Made by a program: the position numbers and the translations under genes
Assembly (NCBI GenBank): GCA_018238155.1
Contig: JABCTZ010000009.1
Location: 32,001-96,000, forward strand
Length of the DNA: 64,000 nt
DNA from: Candidatus Heimdallarchaeota archaeon
GTDB taxonomy: Archaea > Asgardarchaeota > Heimdallarchaeia > JABLTI01
Direction of reading: 5' to 3'
Notes under the pieces: generated by a model
Seen by the model: the letters and a program-made list of their open reading frames with translations, nothing else
What the model was told of the DNA's origin: nothing
Databases searched by the model: none
Part shown: positions 19,601-29,188 of the stretch, in pieces
How positions within the stretch are numbered: position 1 is the stretch's first letter
Layout of the letters: each line of letters begins with the position of its first letter

Positions 19601-19931
19601 CAATGAAGTAATTATTTCTGCTTCTCCTGATGGAAAAATTATTAGTGTAAATCATGCTATTAAGAATGTTTTTGGTTACAGTGTGAATGAAGTAATTGGT
19701 AGAAATATTTCTTTCTTAGCTCACCCCGACCAAAAAGTAGCTCAAAAGAAATATCTCAAAAAGGCAATTAAGAAAAATAGGGTCATTTTTGAATCCACTA
19801 GAATGCACAAGGAAGGACATTTAATACCCGTTATTATGAATCTCTCAGTTATTAAAAATGAGAAAGGCAAAGTAATGTCTGTTAACACTATAATAATGGA
19901 TATTTCAGACATTCAAAAAATAGAAGATTAA
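16626..19931 (+). CDS. REC-PAS-PAS-GAF-PAS-GAF-PAS-PAS signalling protein, paralog of upstream gene
   Basis: Same receiver and PAS motifs; ends at a PAC motif; start ATG 16626 or GTG 16614. Confidence 0.9.
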   Translation: MSHPLKFLHLEDNKNDAELVKEIILLNDINCEIIHVDNKVDFESELVKGDYNIILADYNLPSFDGLTALKLANEKNPDVPFIFISGVLGEELAIETLKRGATDYVLKSRLERLAPAIMRALREKEEHAQRIRLEREIVELEQMRDELQSIYQQLTRRVRGFIKIDLPSGKYSLVDKFLEDLSGYEIKAWKEKPQFIKEIVHPEFSSYYNQQIDQLKNEIVPKMLEYKIIKKGGEERWWLQFNIGAFDVDGKLMSVSAVIVDNTDDKEAYIKFQNIFENALMGMYRTDINTGEIIEANNKLALIFGFDSVDEFKKFNAFDFFQNKEERLKLMDQLRKKGFYEEHQLKLKRIDGSIAWVRESARIYPNEGYVEGMMLDITERKFAEDAIVRDRKVFQIIAEATIHSHDISILCQKILAGLVETFGFNAGIIELYNPILKLLEPVAVAGEEMDDVENLSPISIDNPNYITALVARAGKPIFCVDITQDSVLRKYKARPDEQIRKANITYPIFDAANSLLGVLQLVSKESQEILIEDKVLFETIADMFTTALEHQRSTSALLESEEKFRTFAEQSLLGVTMVSLQGEFTFVNEEFVRITGFSQNELLTMTIRDLIAKILSKQEENDFQIAISNIVIIKEPIKTELFMKAKDGKEKWVQVNIAPMLNAIGEYTSTGAVILDITEQKRAQMTLDRERQAFHILAEATVHAKDIPQFCERILNGLVKVLKFDFGTFRLYNKKERMLNLIAVSQIDNIKDIKPLSIDDETYLNTFVAKSKQAVFAPDISKHKIAMKFQKRLDKFNVKANITWPIVSTKDDLLGTVQIAAFTTKEFPEEDRIFFETIIRFFGTALERRWNEEALIESQAQYRRLVDTSPFAIINTDLDGKIIRVNHQAITIFGYNLESDFVGLNFFDLFIGGHKTNIINHTKAIIKSRIISNNEYKVQSKLKQELVMDLSASLILDEKDAPEALVFIGQDISSKKAAEDEQKQFMDVVASSNEVIISASPDGKIISVNHAIKNVFGYSVNEVIGRNISFLAHPDQKVAQKKYLKKAIKKNRVIFESTRMHKEGHLIPVIMNLSVIKNEKGKVMSVNTIIMDISDIQKIED

Positions 19932-19949
19932 TTCAAGAACAATAACAAA

Positions 19950-20837
19950 TTACGAAATGTTCACTTTTTGACAATTCTTTACTCGAGATAAAACAATTAA
20001 ACGCGGAACTGTTGCTGATAAATTTACCTCTGAACAATTAATTATTTTGAATACATTTTTCAAAAAAAGTTCTTGATCAATGTCTTTAGAAAAGGACAAT
20101 TTTTTCGCTCTGAAAAATATCACTAATCTCTCTCCTAAAATTTCAAGATCCTTTTTTGTAATGTGTAATTCTTTCTCATTGGATACAAATAGTACTTCTT
20201 TATCACCAATACCGTGGAAAACTTCCTGTAATTCTGAAAAAGGAACCAAATGAGCCAATAACCGAGAGAAATATTCTCCCGTAGTTGCTCCTTCTGCTTT
20301 CGCTTTTGAAACAAACTCATCATAAATTTTAATCGATACATTGCGTATAGTGATGTCTTTTAAATCTTCTTTCTTTTCTGGGTGTTGGTATTTTTGCCAT
20401 TTGCGAATTAGGCCCAATTTTACCAATTTTGGAATATCTCCTTTAAAAACGACGTTCGATGATTTACTTATAAGCTTAACATGTTGGACTAAAGTTAGAG
20501 CATCTACATCGGCATCAAAAGATAGATTCTTTATATTACGGAAGAGAAACATTGTTTTTTCTCCTGCTGATGTTAAATCTTTCTTCGTGATATTTAACTC
20601 ATCCAAATCACTTATCTTTTCCGGGCGAATGCCTCTTCTAGGTTTTCTACCAAATCTTCTGAAACCGTGCAACATCCAAGGTTGCCTAAGATGAATGTTT
20701 ACCAGTTCACTAAAAGCATTTCCAGCAGAAACTCCTCCTGCAGTTCGATGTTCTGAAAATCTATCATATAATTCTCGATTTACTCCTCTCAATGTAATAT
20801 CCTTTTTCTCATCTTTACTTTCATTTTCCTTGAACAT
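19950..20837 (-). CDS. Internally duplicated protein with two RHH-like modules (putative regulator)
   Basis: KDITLRGVNRELYDRF...GNAFSELV and KDITIRNVSIKIYDEF...GEYFSRLL, each followed by an ELxITKKDL domain. Confidence 0.65.
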   Translation of the reverse strand: MFKENESKDEKKDITLRGVNRELYDRFSEHRTAGGVSAGNAFSELVNIHLRQPWMLHGFRRFGRKPRRGIRPEKISDLDELNITKKDLTSAGEKTMFLFRNIKNLSFDADVDALTLVQHVKLISKSSNVVFKGDIPKLVKLGLIRKWQKYQHPEKKEDLKDITIRNVSIKIYDEFVSKAKAEGATTGEYFSRLLAHLVPFSELQEVFHGIGDKEVLFVSNEKELHITKKDLEILGERLVIFFRAKKLSFSKDIDQELFLKNVFKIINCSEVNLSATVPRLIVLSRVKNCQKVNIS

Positions 20838-20895
20838 TCATTTGCCCTTCTGTGATTTTGCCAACTTGTTTCCTACTTTCTCTAAGTTATATGAG

Positions 20896-20962
20896 CTGTA
20901 TTCTTTGTGTGATATTTAAGGGTTCTGTATTCTTTAGCAAAAAAGTTAAATATGTGTGATAT
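20896..20962. promoter_or_regulatory. Direct repeats and TATA-like box in divergent promoter
   Basis: TGTGTGATAT at 20906 and 20953; CTGTATTCTTT at 20896 and 20925; A-tract plus TTAAATA at 20946. Confidence 0.5.
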
Positions 20963-21009
20963 GTATGATTGGTTAGTATTACTAGATGATAGACTATGGT
21001 GAGAAATAA

Positions 21010-22899
21010 TTGGCAATGAAAACTGCGCAAAAAACTTCAATAAGGAACGAAGAACAAAATAAAAAAATAGTACTTGCTACAGAGAAATATAAGTCCGCTG
21101 CAGGTTGGTTCTGGTCAGGATTAATACGGTATCCAGGATTAATGATAACCTCGTCATTAATTATGATTATTAATTCACTAATTGCTATTTTACCGGGAAT
21201 TTTACTGGGGGTTGGAATTGATATCCTTGGATCAATTGGATTTGGAAAAGAGTTCATTTGGATAATTCTTGCCATTATTGGTGCCGCATTATTGAATTGG
21301 CTTACTACATTTCTTAGTGCTTACTCTTGGGGAATAGCAATCTACAGGTTGGATCGAGATTTACGTCAAGAATTTTTTGATGTTGTTCAGAACCATTCGA
21401 TGGCTTTTCATGATGAACATGATTCTGGAGTTCTATTATCAATGGCCATGAATGAAATAAACCAAATACGATTTGCATTCAACCCATCAATAAGACACCT
21501 GTTCATTTCAACACTAAGCATCATATTGACTACTTCATACTTTTTCGTAAGAATAACATTTGGTAGTCAAACTATTGGTGTAGGAAACTGGCAAATTGGT
21601 CTTGGAATCACATTTGGATTTGTACTTTATTTTATCCTTGCATGGCAATATGCAACAAAGATAGGTCCTGTACGAAGAGAGTTGGCTACAGAACTAGGTA
21701 ATGTTTCTTCTGCAACACAGGAAGCTTTTAGAGGAATAGAAGTTGTTCGTTCGTTTGATAATGAGGCCTTAGAAAACGAGAAATTTGCTACAAAGAGCAA
21801 TCGTTTAGCAGATAAGACCAAAAAAGAGGGCTATCTTGCATCTTTCTATTGGCCTGCGTTAATCATGATAATTGCTACTGCAGTATCCTTTGGTTTAGGT
21901 CTATGGTTGATATCTGGGGGGAAAATGTCCTTTGGACAAATGACTTCCATGTTAATGTTATTGTTAAAATTAATAATATTAAATTTCATGATTCCAACAC
22001 GATTGTTATCTATGCAAGCAGGAATGATAAATGCAAAACGTATCTGGAAAGTAATGACTTTTGATGATCCATTGGTTGAACCAAAAGATTCAATCGAAGC
22101 AGACTGGTCAAAGAATTTGACTTTTGATGATGTATCCTTCAAATATCCCGGAACAGATAGATATGTATTGAAGAACGTTTCTTTCAAAGTTCCACCTGGT
22201 TCTCGTGTAGCATTAATAGGTGGACCTGGTTCTGGAAAGAGTACAATACTCAAACTCTTACTCAGATTATATGATCCTGATTCCGGAGCAATTTCTCTAA
22301 ATGGTTATACTTTACAAGATATGCAGACTTTTGATGTAAGAAAAGATGTTGTATTAGTTGAACAAGATATTTTTCTCTTTGGAGCTTCTATAAAAGAAAA
22401 TATTAAATTTTCTAAACCTGACGCGACAGATGAGGAAATACAAGTAGCTGCTCGCAGAGCACAGATAGCAAGTTATATTGAATCCACTCCTCAAAAATAT
22501 GAAACGATTATTGGAGAACGAGGGGTAACACTTTCTGGGGGGCAAAGGCAAAGAATTGCAATTGCTCGAGCATTACTCGCTGATCCAAAATTACTTTTGC
22601 TTGACGATTCAACCAGTGCAGTTGATATTAAAACAGAAGCAAGGTTGCGTGCTGCAATAGACGAATTAATCAAAGGTAGAACTTCAATCGTTGTGACCCA
22701 AAGATTATCTACATTGGTGGAATCAGATATGATTATTTTCTTAGATAAAGGACAAGTAATAGATATAGGAACTCATACGAAATTATTGCAGAGATGCTCC
22801 GAATATCAGTTTATGATTAGCTTGTTACCGATGGGTGATGAATTAATTAAAGCTGCGAAGAATCAAAGTGATTCTTCTGTTTCCGGAGGTGTAAACTAA
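21010..22899 (+). CDS. ABC exporter half-transporter (TMD-NBD), degenerate ATPase site
   Basis: GGPGSGKS, LSGGQRQR, LLLLDD (catalytic E replaced by D), TQR (switch H replaced by Q). Confidence 0.93.
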   Translation: MAMKTAQKTSIRNEEQNKKIVLATEKYKSAAGWFWSGLIRYPGLMITSSLIMIINSLIAILPGILLGVGIDILGSIGFGKEFIWIILAIIGAALLNWLTTFLSAYSWGIAIYRLDRDLRQEFFDVVQNHSMAFHDEHDSGVLLSMAMNEINQIRFAFNPSIRHLFISTLSIILTTSYFFVRITFGSQTIGVGNWQIGLGITFGFVLYFILAWQYATKIGPVRRELATELGNVSSATQEAFRGIEVVRSFDNEALENEKFATKSNRLADKTKKEGYLASFYWPALIMIIATAVSFGLGLWLISGGKMSFGQMTSMLMLLLKLIILNFMIPTRLLSMQAGMINAKRIWKVMTFDDPLVEPKDSIEADWSKNLTFDDVSFKYPGTDRYVLKNVSFKVPPGSRVALIGGPGSGKSTILKLLLRLYDPDSGAISLNGYTLQDMQTFDVRKDVVLVEQDIFLFGASIKENIKFSKPDATDEEIQVAARRAQIASYIESTPQKYETIIGERGVTLSGGQRQRIAIARALLADPKLLLLDDSTSAVDIKTEARLRAAIDELIKGRTSIVVTQRLSTLVESDMIIFLDKGQVIDIGTHTKLLQRCSEYQFMISLLPMGDELIKAAKNQSDSSVSGGVN

Positions 22900-24941
22900 T
22901 GGGAATGCATCGCGGTGGTGGTATGGGGAAAGTACTAAGTGCGCGTAATGAGAAGAGAAGAGCATCTAGACCATTAGGTGTTTTGCTCAAAGCTCTAGGA
23001 GGATTTCTCAAAGGCTTGGGTTGGTTAATGGCGCTTGCTGCGTTTATTAGTTTAATTTATTCAGCAACACAAATCTTTAGTCCATTGATCCTAACACGTG
23101 GAATTGATGCATTTTCAAATATTGCTGAAGGTCAAGTTGTGGTCTTCAATCAAACTATGACGATTCAGAATGCTATTATTATATTGACATTAATATTCGG
23201 ATCAATGAATATTTTAGGGTTCTTCCTAAATTCATTGTCAACAAGAATACTAGCAAAAGCAAATTCAATTTTTGTAAACAACATTAGAGTACAATTGTAT
23301 AGTAAATTGATTAATTCATCAATGAGCTATATCAAAAATGAACAAAGTGGTAACATAACTTCTAGGATTACAAGTGATACTGATCAAATAGCGACAGGTA
23401 TTCATATTTTTACTATGATTGCAATTCAACTGGTCCTTCTGGTAACAACACTTGTTATACTGCTGACACAAACAAGCTGGCAAATAATACTCATTTGCTT
23501 AGCCTCAGTACCTGTAGCACTAACAATCAGTGCAGTTTTGAGCAAATTCGGCAGAAAAATTGTTCTCGATATACGACAAGCATTTGGTATCGTTTCCGGA
23601 AAAATAGCTGAAAGCTTCGCCGGTGCAGCAGTAGCAAAGTCATTCAACAGAGAAAAAACGCTCTCAAAACAAATGGGTGTATTAAATCAACAATATTACA
23701 AAATGAGTCAGAAATTTGGTTTGATGATGTTTATCACAATGCCACTCATAGGGGCAGTATCGTCAATAACGGTTGCAACAATCCTCTGGGCTGGAGGACT
23801 AATTGATCTCTCAGTTGGAGAGATTTTCCTAGGGATAACCCTCTCAAGTTTATTCTTACGTCCAATAACATTTCTTTCGATGGCTTTCCCTGAATTACAG
23901 AATTCATTGGGTGCAGTTGATAGAGTAATTGACGTATTAGAAGCAGCACCCGCAATTGAAGATTCACCAGACGCTAAGGACTTGGAAGAAAATTATTCAG
24001 TTTCAATGAAAAATGTCTGGTTTGCTTATGAAGATGAAAACTATGTTATCAAAGATGTTTCCTTCGATGTAAATGAAGGAGAAATGGTCGCCTTAGTTGG
24101 TCATACAGGAGCAGGAAAAACTACCATTGCAAGTATGCTTCTTCCACGCTTTTACGATTTAAATAAGGGTACAATTAAAGTAGGCGACCAAGAAATCCGC
24201 GATTTAAAGCAATCCTCACTTCGAAATGCTATTGGACTCATTCCACAAGAACCTTACCTATTCACCGCATCAGTTTACGATAATATCAAATATGGTAAAC
24301 CAGATGCTACAGAAGAAGAGGTATATGGAATCTGTAAACTCCTTGGAGCAGATGCCTTTATTGAAGCACTTCCTATGGGGTACGAAACACTTGTTCAAGA
24401 AGGTGGAAAGAAGCTCAGTGCTGGTCAAAGACAAATGATCACTATTGCGAGAACCATGCTTGCGGACCCAAAGATACTCATTTTGGATGAAGCTACTTCA
24501 AGGTTAGATGCCTATTCAGAATCACTGGTTCAAAGTGCACAAAGAAAACTATTCGAAAATAGAACCACATTTGTTATTGCCCATAGATTATCAACTATTC
24601 ATGATGCGGAGAAAATTATTGTTTTAGACCACGGTGAATTAGTTGAAATGGGTAATCATGAAGAGCTTCTGAAAAAAGAAGGAATATATGCTGATTTGTA
24701 CAATACTTACTATTCTTTCCAAGGGCTTGAAACAATTGACTTGGGTGACATTGATGATTTGGATGAAGAGGAAGAAGTAGAGCTCTCACCAATGGCATTA
24801 CTGCAAATGGGTCCTGAAGGACATGCAAAGCTACAGAAAATGATCAAGGAAGGAAAAATACCTCCGGAAGCATTGGCTAAAATAAAGCAGAAAATGAAAG
24901 GTAAACCAGGAATGCTTGGTGGTAAAAAACCTCATAATTAG
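22899..24941 (+). CDS. ABC exporter half-transporter (TMD-NBD), consensus ATPase site
   Basis: GHTGAGKT, LSAGQRQ, ILDEATS, IAHRLS; start overlaps partner stop (TAATG); forms a heterodimer. Confidence 0.93.
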   Translation: MGMHRGGGMGKVLSARNEKRRASRPLGVLLKALGGFLKGLGWLMALAAFISLIYSATQIFSPLILTRGIDAFSNIAEGQVVVFNQTMTIQNAIIILTLIFGSMNILGFFLNSLSTRILAKANSIFVNNIRVQLYSKLINSSMSYIKNEQSGNITSRITSDTDQIATGIHIFTMIAIQLVLLVTTLVILLTQTSWQIILICLASVPVALTISAVLSKFGRKIVLDIRQAFGIVSGKIAESFAGAAVAKSFNREKTLSKQMGVLNQQYYKMSQKFGLMMFITMPLIGAVSSITVATILWAGGLIDLSVGEIFLGITLSSLFLRPITFLSMAFPELQNSLGAVDRVIDVLEAAPAIEDSPDAKDLEENYSVSMKNVWFAYEDENYVIKDVSFDVNEGEMVALVGHTGAGKTTIASMLLPRFYDLNKGTIKVGDQEIRDLKQSSLRNAIGLIPQEPYLFTASVYDNIKYGKPDATEEEVYGICKLLGADAFIEALPMGYETLVQEGGKKLSAGQRQMITIARTMLADPKILILDEATSRLDAYSESLVQSAQRKLFENRTTFVIAHRLSTIHDAEKIIVLDHGELVEMGNHEELLKKEGIYADLYNTYYSFQGLETIDLGDIDDLDEEEEVELSPMALLQMGPEGHAKLQKMIKEGKIPPEALAKIKQKMKGKPGMLGGKKPHN

Positions 24942-24953
24942 ACATACTAAAAA

Positions 24954-24985
24954 ATAGGAGAAACTCTCCTATAATACTTTTTTTT
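24954..24985 (+). terminator. Hairpin plus T-tract terminator
   Basis: ATAGGAGA-AAC-TCTCCTAT stem then T8. Confidence 0.6.
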
Positions 24986-25076
24986 CATCCAAATCATTAA
25001 TTTCTATTTCTAAACGATACATTTATTGAGTTATCTTTTGTTTTAATCACATATCTATGTTAGAAGGAATTCAGAG

Positions 25077-26480
25077 ATGAGTGAAGAAAATGTTCTACTA
25101 ATCCATCCCCCATTTCAATGGGGAGTTATTGATAGATTCTGTCAACCGCTAGGTGTGCTAATCTTAGCTAGTGCTTTGAAAAATGAAGGAATCAAAGTAA
25201 AGGTAATAGATCTAGCAGCAGAAGGATGGTCTCAAAAAAAATTAGCTAATTATTTGTTTCAAAACAATTTCACTCATATTGGTATAACCACTATATCACC
25301 ATTTCGTGAAATAGTCTATTCAATATTACGCATGGCTAAAAAAATCAATCCAAAGATCATTACTATTGTCGGTGGACCTCATCCAACTTTGCAAAAAAAG
25401 GAAATCTTTTCTGAATGTGAAGCCATTGATTATGCCGTATCTGGTGAAGCAGAACTTGAGATTGTGAATATTATTAGAGACCCCAAAAAGAAATTCTATG
25501 ATTTAGGTTGTATAAATGATCTGGACCTAGTTCCTTTGCCTGATCGTTCCCATGTGAGACATTTAGCTTATAATGAACTTTCCGGTATTTATATGGGTGA
25601 TTCTGCAACAATGAAATGGGTTCGAGGTTGCCCATGGAGAAAATGTCGTTTTTGTACACGAACAGAGTTATCAATGACCTACCGTCAGAAAAGCCCTGAA
25701 AAAATAATAGAAGAAATAGCGATTATTCAGCATGAATTGAAATATGAAAATATCATCGTTATTGATGACAGTTTGAAGTTCAATTCAAAATATATTCAGA
25801 AAATCCTTAAAATGAAAATAAAAGAAGGGTTGGATATTCCTTTCTGGGCTCTAGCTCGTGCTGATCAAATTAATGAAGCAGGTGCAAAGTTAATGAGACG
25901 AGCTGGGTTGAGTGGGATACAAATTGGTCTCGAGTCAGTTGTTCCACGTTTTGTTGAAATGTATCGTAAAACGAGTTTTCCATCACATATTTGGCGAGAA
26001 AAACTTGACCAAGCATTTGAATTGGGAGATAAATACAATTTTATCATCATTGCTTCTTTTATTATAGGCGCTCCTACAGAAAAAGCAGAAGAAATATGGT
26101 ATGATATTAATTACTGCAAAAATTCAAAACTTGACTTTGCTCAAGCATTTCCTTTCCAATATTTGAAAGGCTCTGAAATGTGGGCAGAAGCAGTAGAAAA
26201 CGGCCAGCTAACCTCCAATCACTTCTATACCTATAATGATAAGAAATTTGGCACAACAACTTATACTACACAAGAGCTACTAGATTTAGCTCTAGAAGCT
26301 GAAAATCAAATCAATTCTCCCTTTTTAAATCCAGGTAGATATGTTCGCATTATTCGTAAATTTATCAAGCAGAAAAATTGGTTGATATTTAGACACAACA
26401 TTTCTCGTATACCTGTGCTATTTAGGAAATTAATTCTTGAACATCCATATGAGTTGCTTCCCGATGAATTACATGGATGA
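25077..26480 (+). CDS. Cobalamin-binding radical SAM protein
   Basis: QPLG, VGGPHPT and GEAE B12-domain motifs; RGCPWRKCRFC cluster motif; IGLES; FIIGAPTE. Confidence 0.92.
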   Translation: MSEENVLLIHPPFQWGVIDRFCQPLGVLILASALKNEGIKVKVIDLAAEGWSQKKLANYLFQNNFTHIGITTISPFREIVYSILRMAKKINPKIITIVGGPHPTLQKKEIFSECEAIDYAVSGEAELEIVNIIRDPKKKFYDLGCINDLDLVPLPDRSHVRHLAYNELSGIYMGDSATMKWVRGCPWRKCRFCTRTELSMTYRQKSPEKIIEEIAIIQHELKYENIIVIDDSLKFNSKYIQKILKMKIKEGLDIPFWALARADQINEAGAKLMRRAGLSGIQIGLESVVPRFVEMYRKTSFPSHIWREKLDQAFELGDKYNFIIIASFIIGAPTEKAEEIWYDINYCKNSKLDFAQAFPFQYLKGSEMWAEAVENGQLTSNHFYTYNDKKFGTTTYTTQELLDLALEAENQINSPFLNPGRYVRIIRKFIKQKNWLIFRHNISRIPVLFRKLILEHPYELLPDELHG

Positions 26481-26686
26481 ATGGTAAGAAAGGACTTTTC
26501 TTTCTCACCTATTTTTCTCTTTAACTTGACATTCATTTTATTTCCCTCTAAATTTTTAGCCCATTGAAATATTGAGTATACTGAATCAGTAGAAATGAGT
26601 GATCATTACGGGTTTGTGTAATCTGATGGAATATATTTTTAAGAAATAAAAATCGTTGATGTTTCAATTTAGATGGTGCTGTACTA

Positions 26687-27724
26687 ATGAAAGAAGGGAA
26701 ACTGCCTTGGGAATTGTTAAAAGATCTAGTAACAAAGAATGGATTCCAAACTGAAGGAGTAATTCAAGGACCTAAAGCCGGTTGTGATGTTGCTGTTTTT
26801 AATTACCACCTAGCAATAAAAAGAGCTCAAGAGTTCTATCAGTCTCGAGAAGATGTTCATGTTGTTTTCAAAACCGATCCAATAACTTTTCCCACACCAA
26901 ATCCAGGTAGATACGCCGTTGTAGTAAATTCAAATGATATAGTTACAAGTGGAGCTCTCCCCTTTGCTTTTAATGCAACAATTATCCTACCAATAGGATC
27001 AATGAAAGCAGATGTACAAAAAATACAAAATGACATTGATTCTGAATGTGTAAAACAAAAGATCACTATTCTTGGGGGGCACACTGAAATTTCCTCCTCT
27101 GTAAATTCTCCAATAGTATCAGGAGCAATGATAGGTTTTGTTCCAGCGGATTATTATGTTCCACGAACGATCCAAGAAGGAGATGTAATGTTCTGTGTTG
27201 GATGGTGCACAAAAGAAGGGATGGGTATTATTGCTTCCAAAGGATATGAAAAGCTAATAGAAATGATTGGAAAAGAAAAACTAAGTAGGTTGATGAAATT
27301 AGGTGAGGATATTTCAATCACTGAAAGTGCTCTAATGATAAATAAAAAGTATCAACCAGGACTAATGCATGATGCAACGGAGGGTGGTATCCTTGGTGCT
27401 GCTTTTGAAACTATTGCTGCAGAGAATTATGGCTTGGCATTAGTTGAGGACAAATTTCCTCTTACAAAGGAAACCAAAGAGGTTTGTGAATTATTAGAAG
27501 TTAATCCTTTGAAAGTCATTTCTTCTGGAACATTACTAGTTGTTTCTTCACCGGAAAAAGCAAAGAATATCATAGAAGAATCTACTTCAGAGGTTCCAAT
27601 AAGTGTTGTTGGTGAAATCGTTTCACAAAAACAAGGCATTACTTTAGATGGCAAGCCACTTGTACCACCACAATCTGATGAAGTAATTGATGCATTAAAA
27701 AAATTAGCGAAGGACAGTTTGTAA
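26687..27724 (+). CDS. AIR synthase-related (HypE/ThiL/PurM superfamily) protein
   Basis: GKLP, TDPIT, NSNDI, GGHTE, MHDATEGG, ISSG. Confidence 0.88.
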   Translation: MKEGKLPWELLKDLVTKNGFQTEGVIQGPKAGCDVAVFNYHLAIKRAQEFYQSREDVHVVFKTDPITFPTPNPGRYAVVVNSNDIVTSGALPFAFNATIILPIGSMKADVQKIQNDIDSECVKQKITILGGHTEISSSVNSPIVSGAMIGFVPADYYVPRTIQEGDVMFCVGWCTKEGMGIIASKGYEKLIEMIGKEKLSRLMKLGEDISITESALMINKKYQPGLMHDATEGGILGAAFETIAAENYGLALVEDKFPLTKETKEVCELLEVNPLKVISSGTLLVVSSPEKAKNIIEESTSEVPISVVGEIVSQKQGITLDGKPLVPPQSDEVIDALKKLAKDSL

Positions 27725-27758
27725 AAAAGAAACTGCCTTTAAGAGTACTAATTGTTTA

Positions 27759-28994
27759 TTAAAGAAGGCGTTTCTGCCCTTCCAATTTTTGAATTTCGGT
27801 GATATCTTGAGATGCCTCAATGCACCCTAGATATTTGCCTGCTTTATCACGAATAGCAAAATATCTGATGTGGATCATTGTCCCATCAAGATTGATCCAA
27901 AATTCAGCCATTTTTCTTTTGCCAGAGCGAAAGTCATCTAAAATTTCTTTCACAACACTATAACTCTTTTCTGGATGGCAGTTGATAACGCTGCGACCAA
28001 TAATCGCTTTTGTTCTCACAAAAATTCGCTCATCGCCTTTGCTGAAATATCTTACTTTATCTTCATGGTCAACAAAGGTAATGTCAATTGGTAAAGTATT
28101 GAGTAATGGTTCAATAAAGCTTATTGGCAATGGACCAGTCTCAAACTCGATCATTCCTTCCATCATTATTTCCTCAGGTATTTTATCTTCTGTTCCTTTT
28201 TCTTCTTCTTCTACTATTACAAATGCTTTTGTTGACTCTTCAGGAGTAAAACAACAATAGCCAATTTCATCAAATTCTTTGCGAATATCTCTCCACTCTG
28301 CTTGAGTAATCAACCTCAAAGCTGCTGGAAAGAGGATATTATTTTCTTTGAAAAAGTGTGTTGTAAGCATTCCTGCTAAAGCACCAACGGTTTCCAATAA
28401 CTTGCCGGTGAAATCATCATACTTTGTAGATTTATCTTCAGTGGAATCTGCTAAGGCAAAGAGGTCTTTTTCCAATCCTCTTATTTTATCATGATCGATC
28501 CACATCTGAGCAGGTGGTTCTGTTAAACCGTGTTTTTCAATATAGGGAAAGAGAACATTCTCTTCACGTAGATAGTGCTTTATTGATTCTTTGAAGTGGT
28601 GAGCAATATCCTTCAAAACCTTAATCTCATCCTGAATTGCATCAAATTTCTTCTTTGGATTCTTTGCAATGGCTACAGAAGCACGGTTCAATTTCTCAGC
28701 AAATTCAAGCACCATCCGATGTTCTTCCATCAAAATATTGATAGGATGACCAAGTGGAACAATGATGCCTTTTTTATCGAGGTCCTCTTTGAAAACTGCA
28801 AGATGAACATCACATAGCTTGTTCAAATTCTCACGAGGCATACCCTCTTTGACAAGTTCTTCCTCTACTTTTGCTAAGTCATCTGGTCCAGTACCTTTGA
28901 TGAGCTCTTTGAAATCTTCTTTGGCCTTCTCAGGGTCCATACCTTCATTCAAGCCCTCAATGAGCTTTTTCAGATCTTCTTTTTTTTCTTTCAA
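27759..28994 (-). CDS. DUF438 + hemerythrin + PAS domain protein
   Basis: LCDVHLAVF, GHPI, HYLREENVLFP, HFFKENNILFP, LPIDITFVD, NCHPEKS. Confidence 0.92.
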   Translation of the reverse strand: MKEKKEDLKKLIEGLNEGMDPEKAKEDFKELIKGTGPDDLAKVEEELVKEGMPRENLNKLCDVHLAVFKEDLDKKGIIVPLGHPINILMEEHRMVLEFAEKLNRASVAIAKNPKKKFDAIQDEIKVLKDIAHHFKESIKHYLREENVLFPYIEKHGLTEPPAQMWIDHDKIRGLEKDLFALADSTEDKSTKYDDFTGKLLETVGALAGMLTTHFFKENNILFPAALRLITQAEWRDIRKEFDEIGYCCFTPEESTKAFVIVEEEEKGTEDKIPEEIMMEGMIEFETGPLPISFIEPLLNTLPIDITFVDHEDKVRYFSKGDERIFVRTKAIIGRSVINCHPEKSYSVVKEILDDFRSGKRKMAEFWINLDGTMIHIRYFAIRDKAGKYLGCIEASQDITEIQKLEGQKRLL

Positions 28995-29188
28995 ATGCTA
29001 TCCCTCGACTATACGTTGGATATAAACAATAATCAACGATAATTAAACAGTAGTTATTTACAATCTAAGATAGGAGTAGTGCTTCATAAGTAGTTTGTAA
29101 AGTGTAAAGTAAAAAAAATCCTTTTAACAGTATAATTCTAAATACAAGTAAAAATAACATTTCATTAGAAATTCTGGAGAAAAACTAG

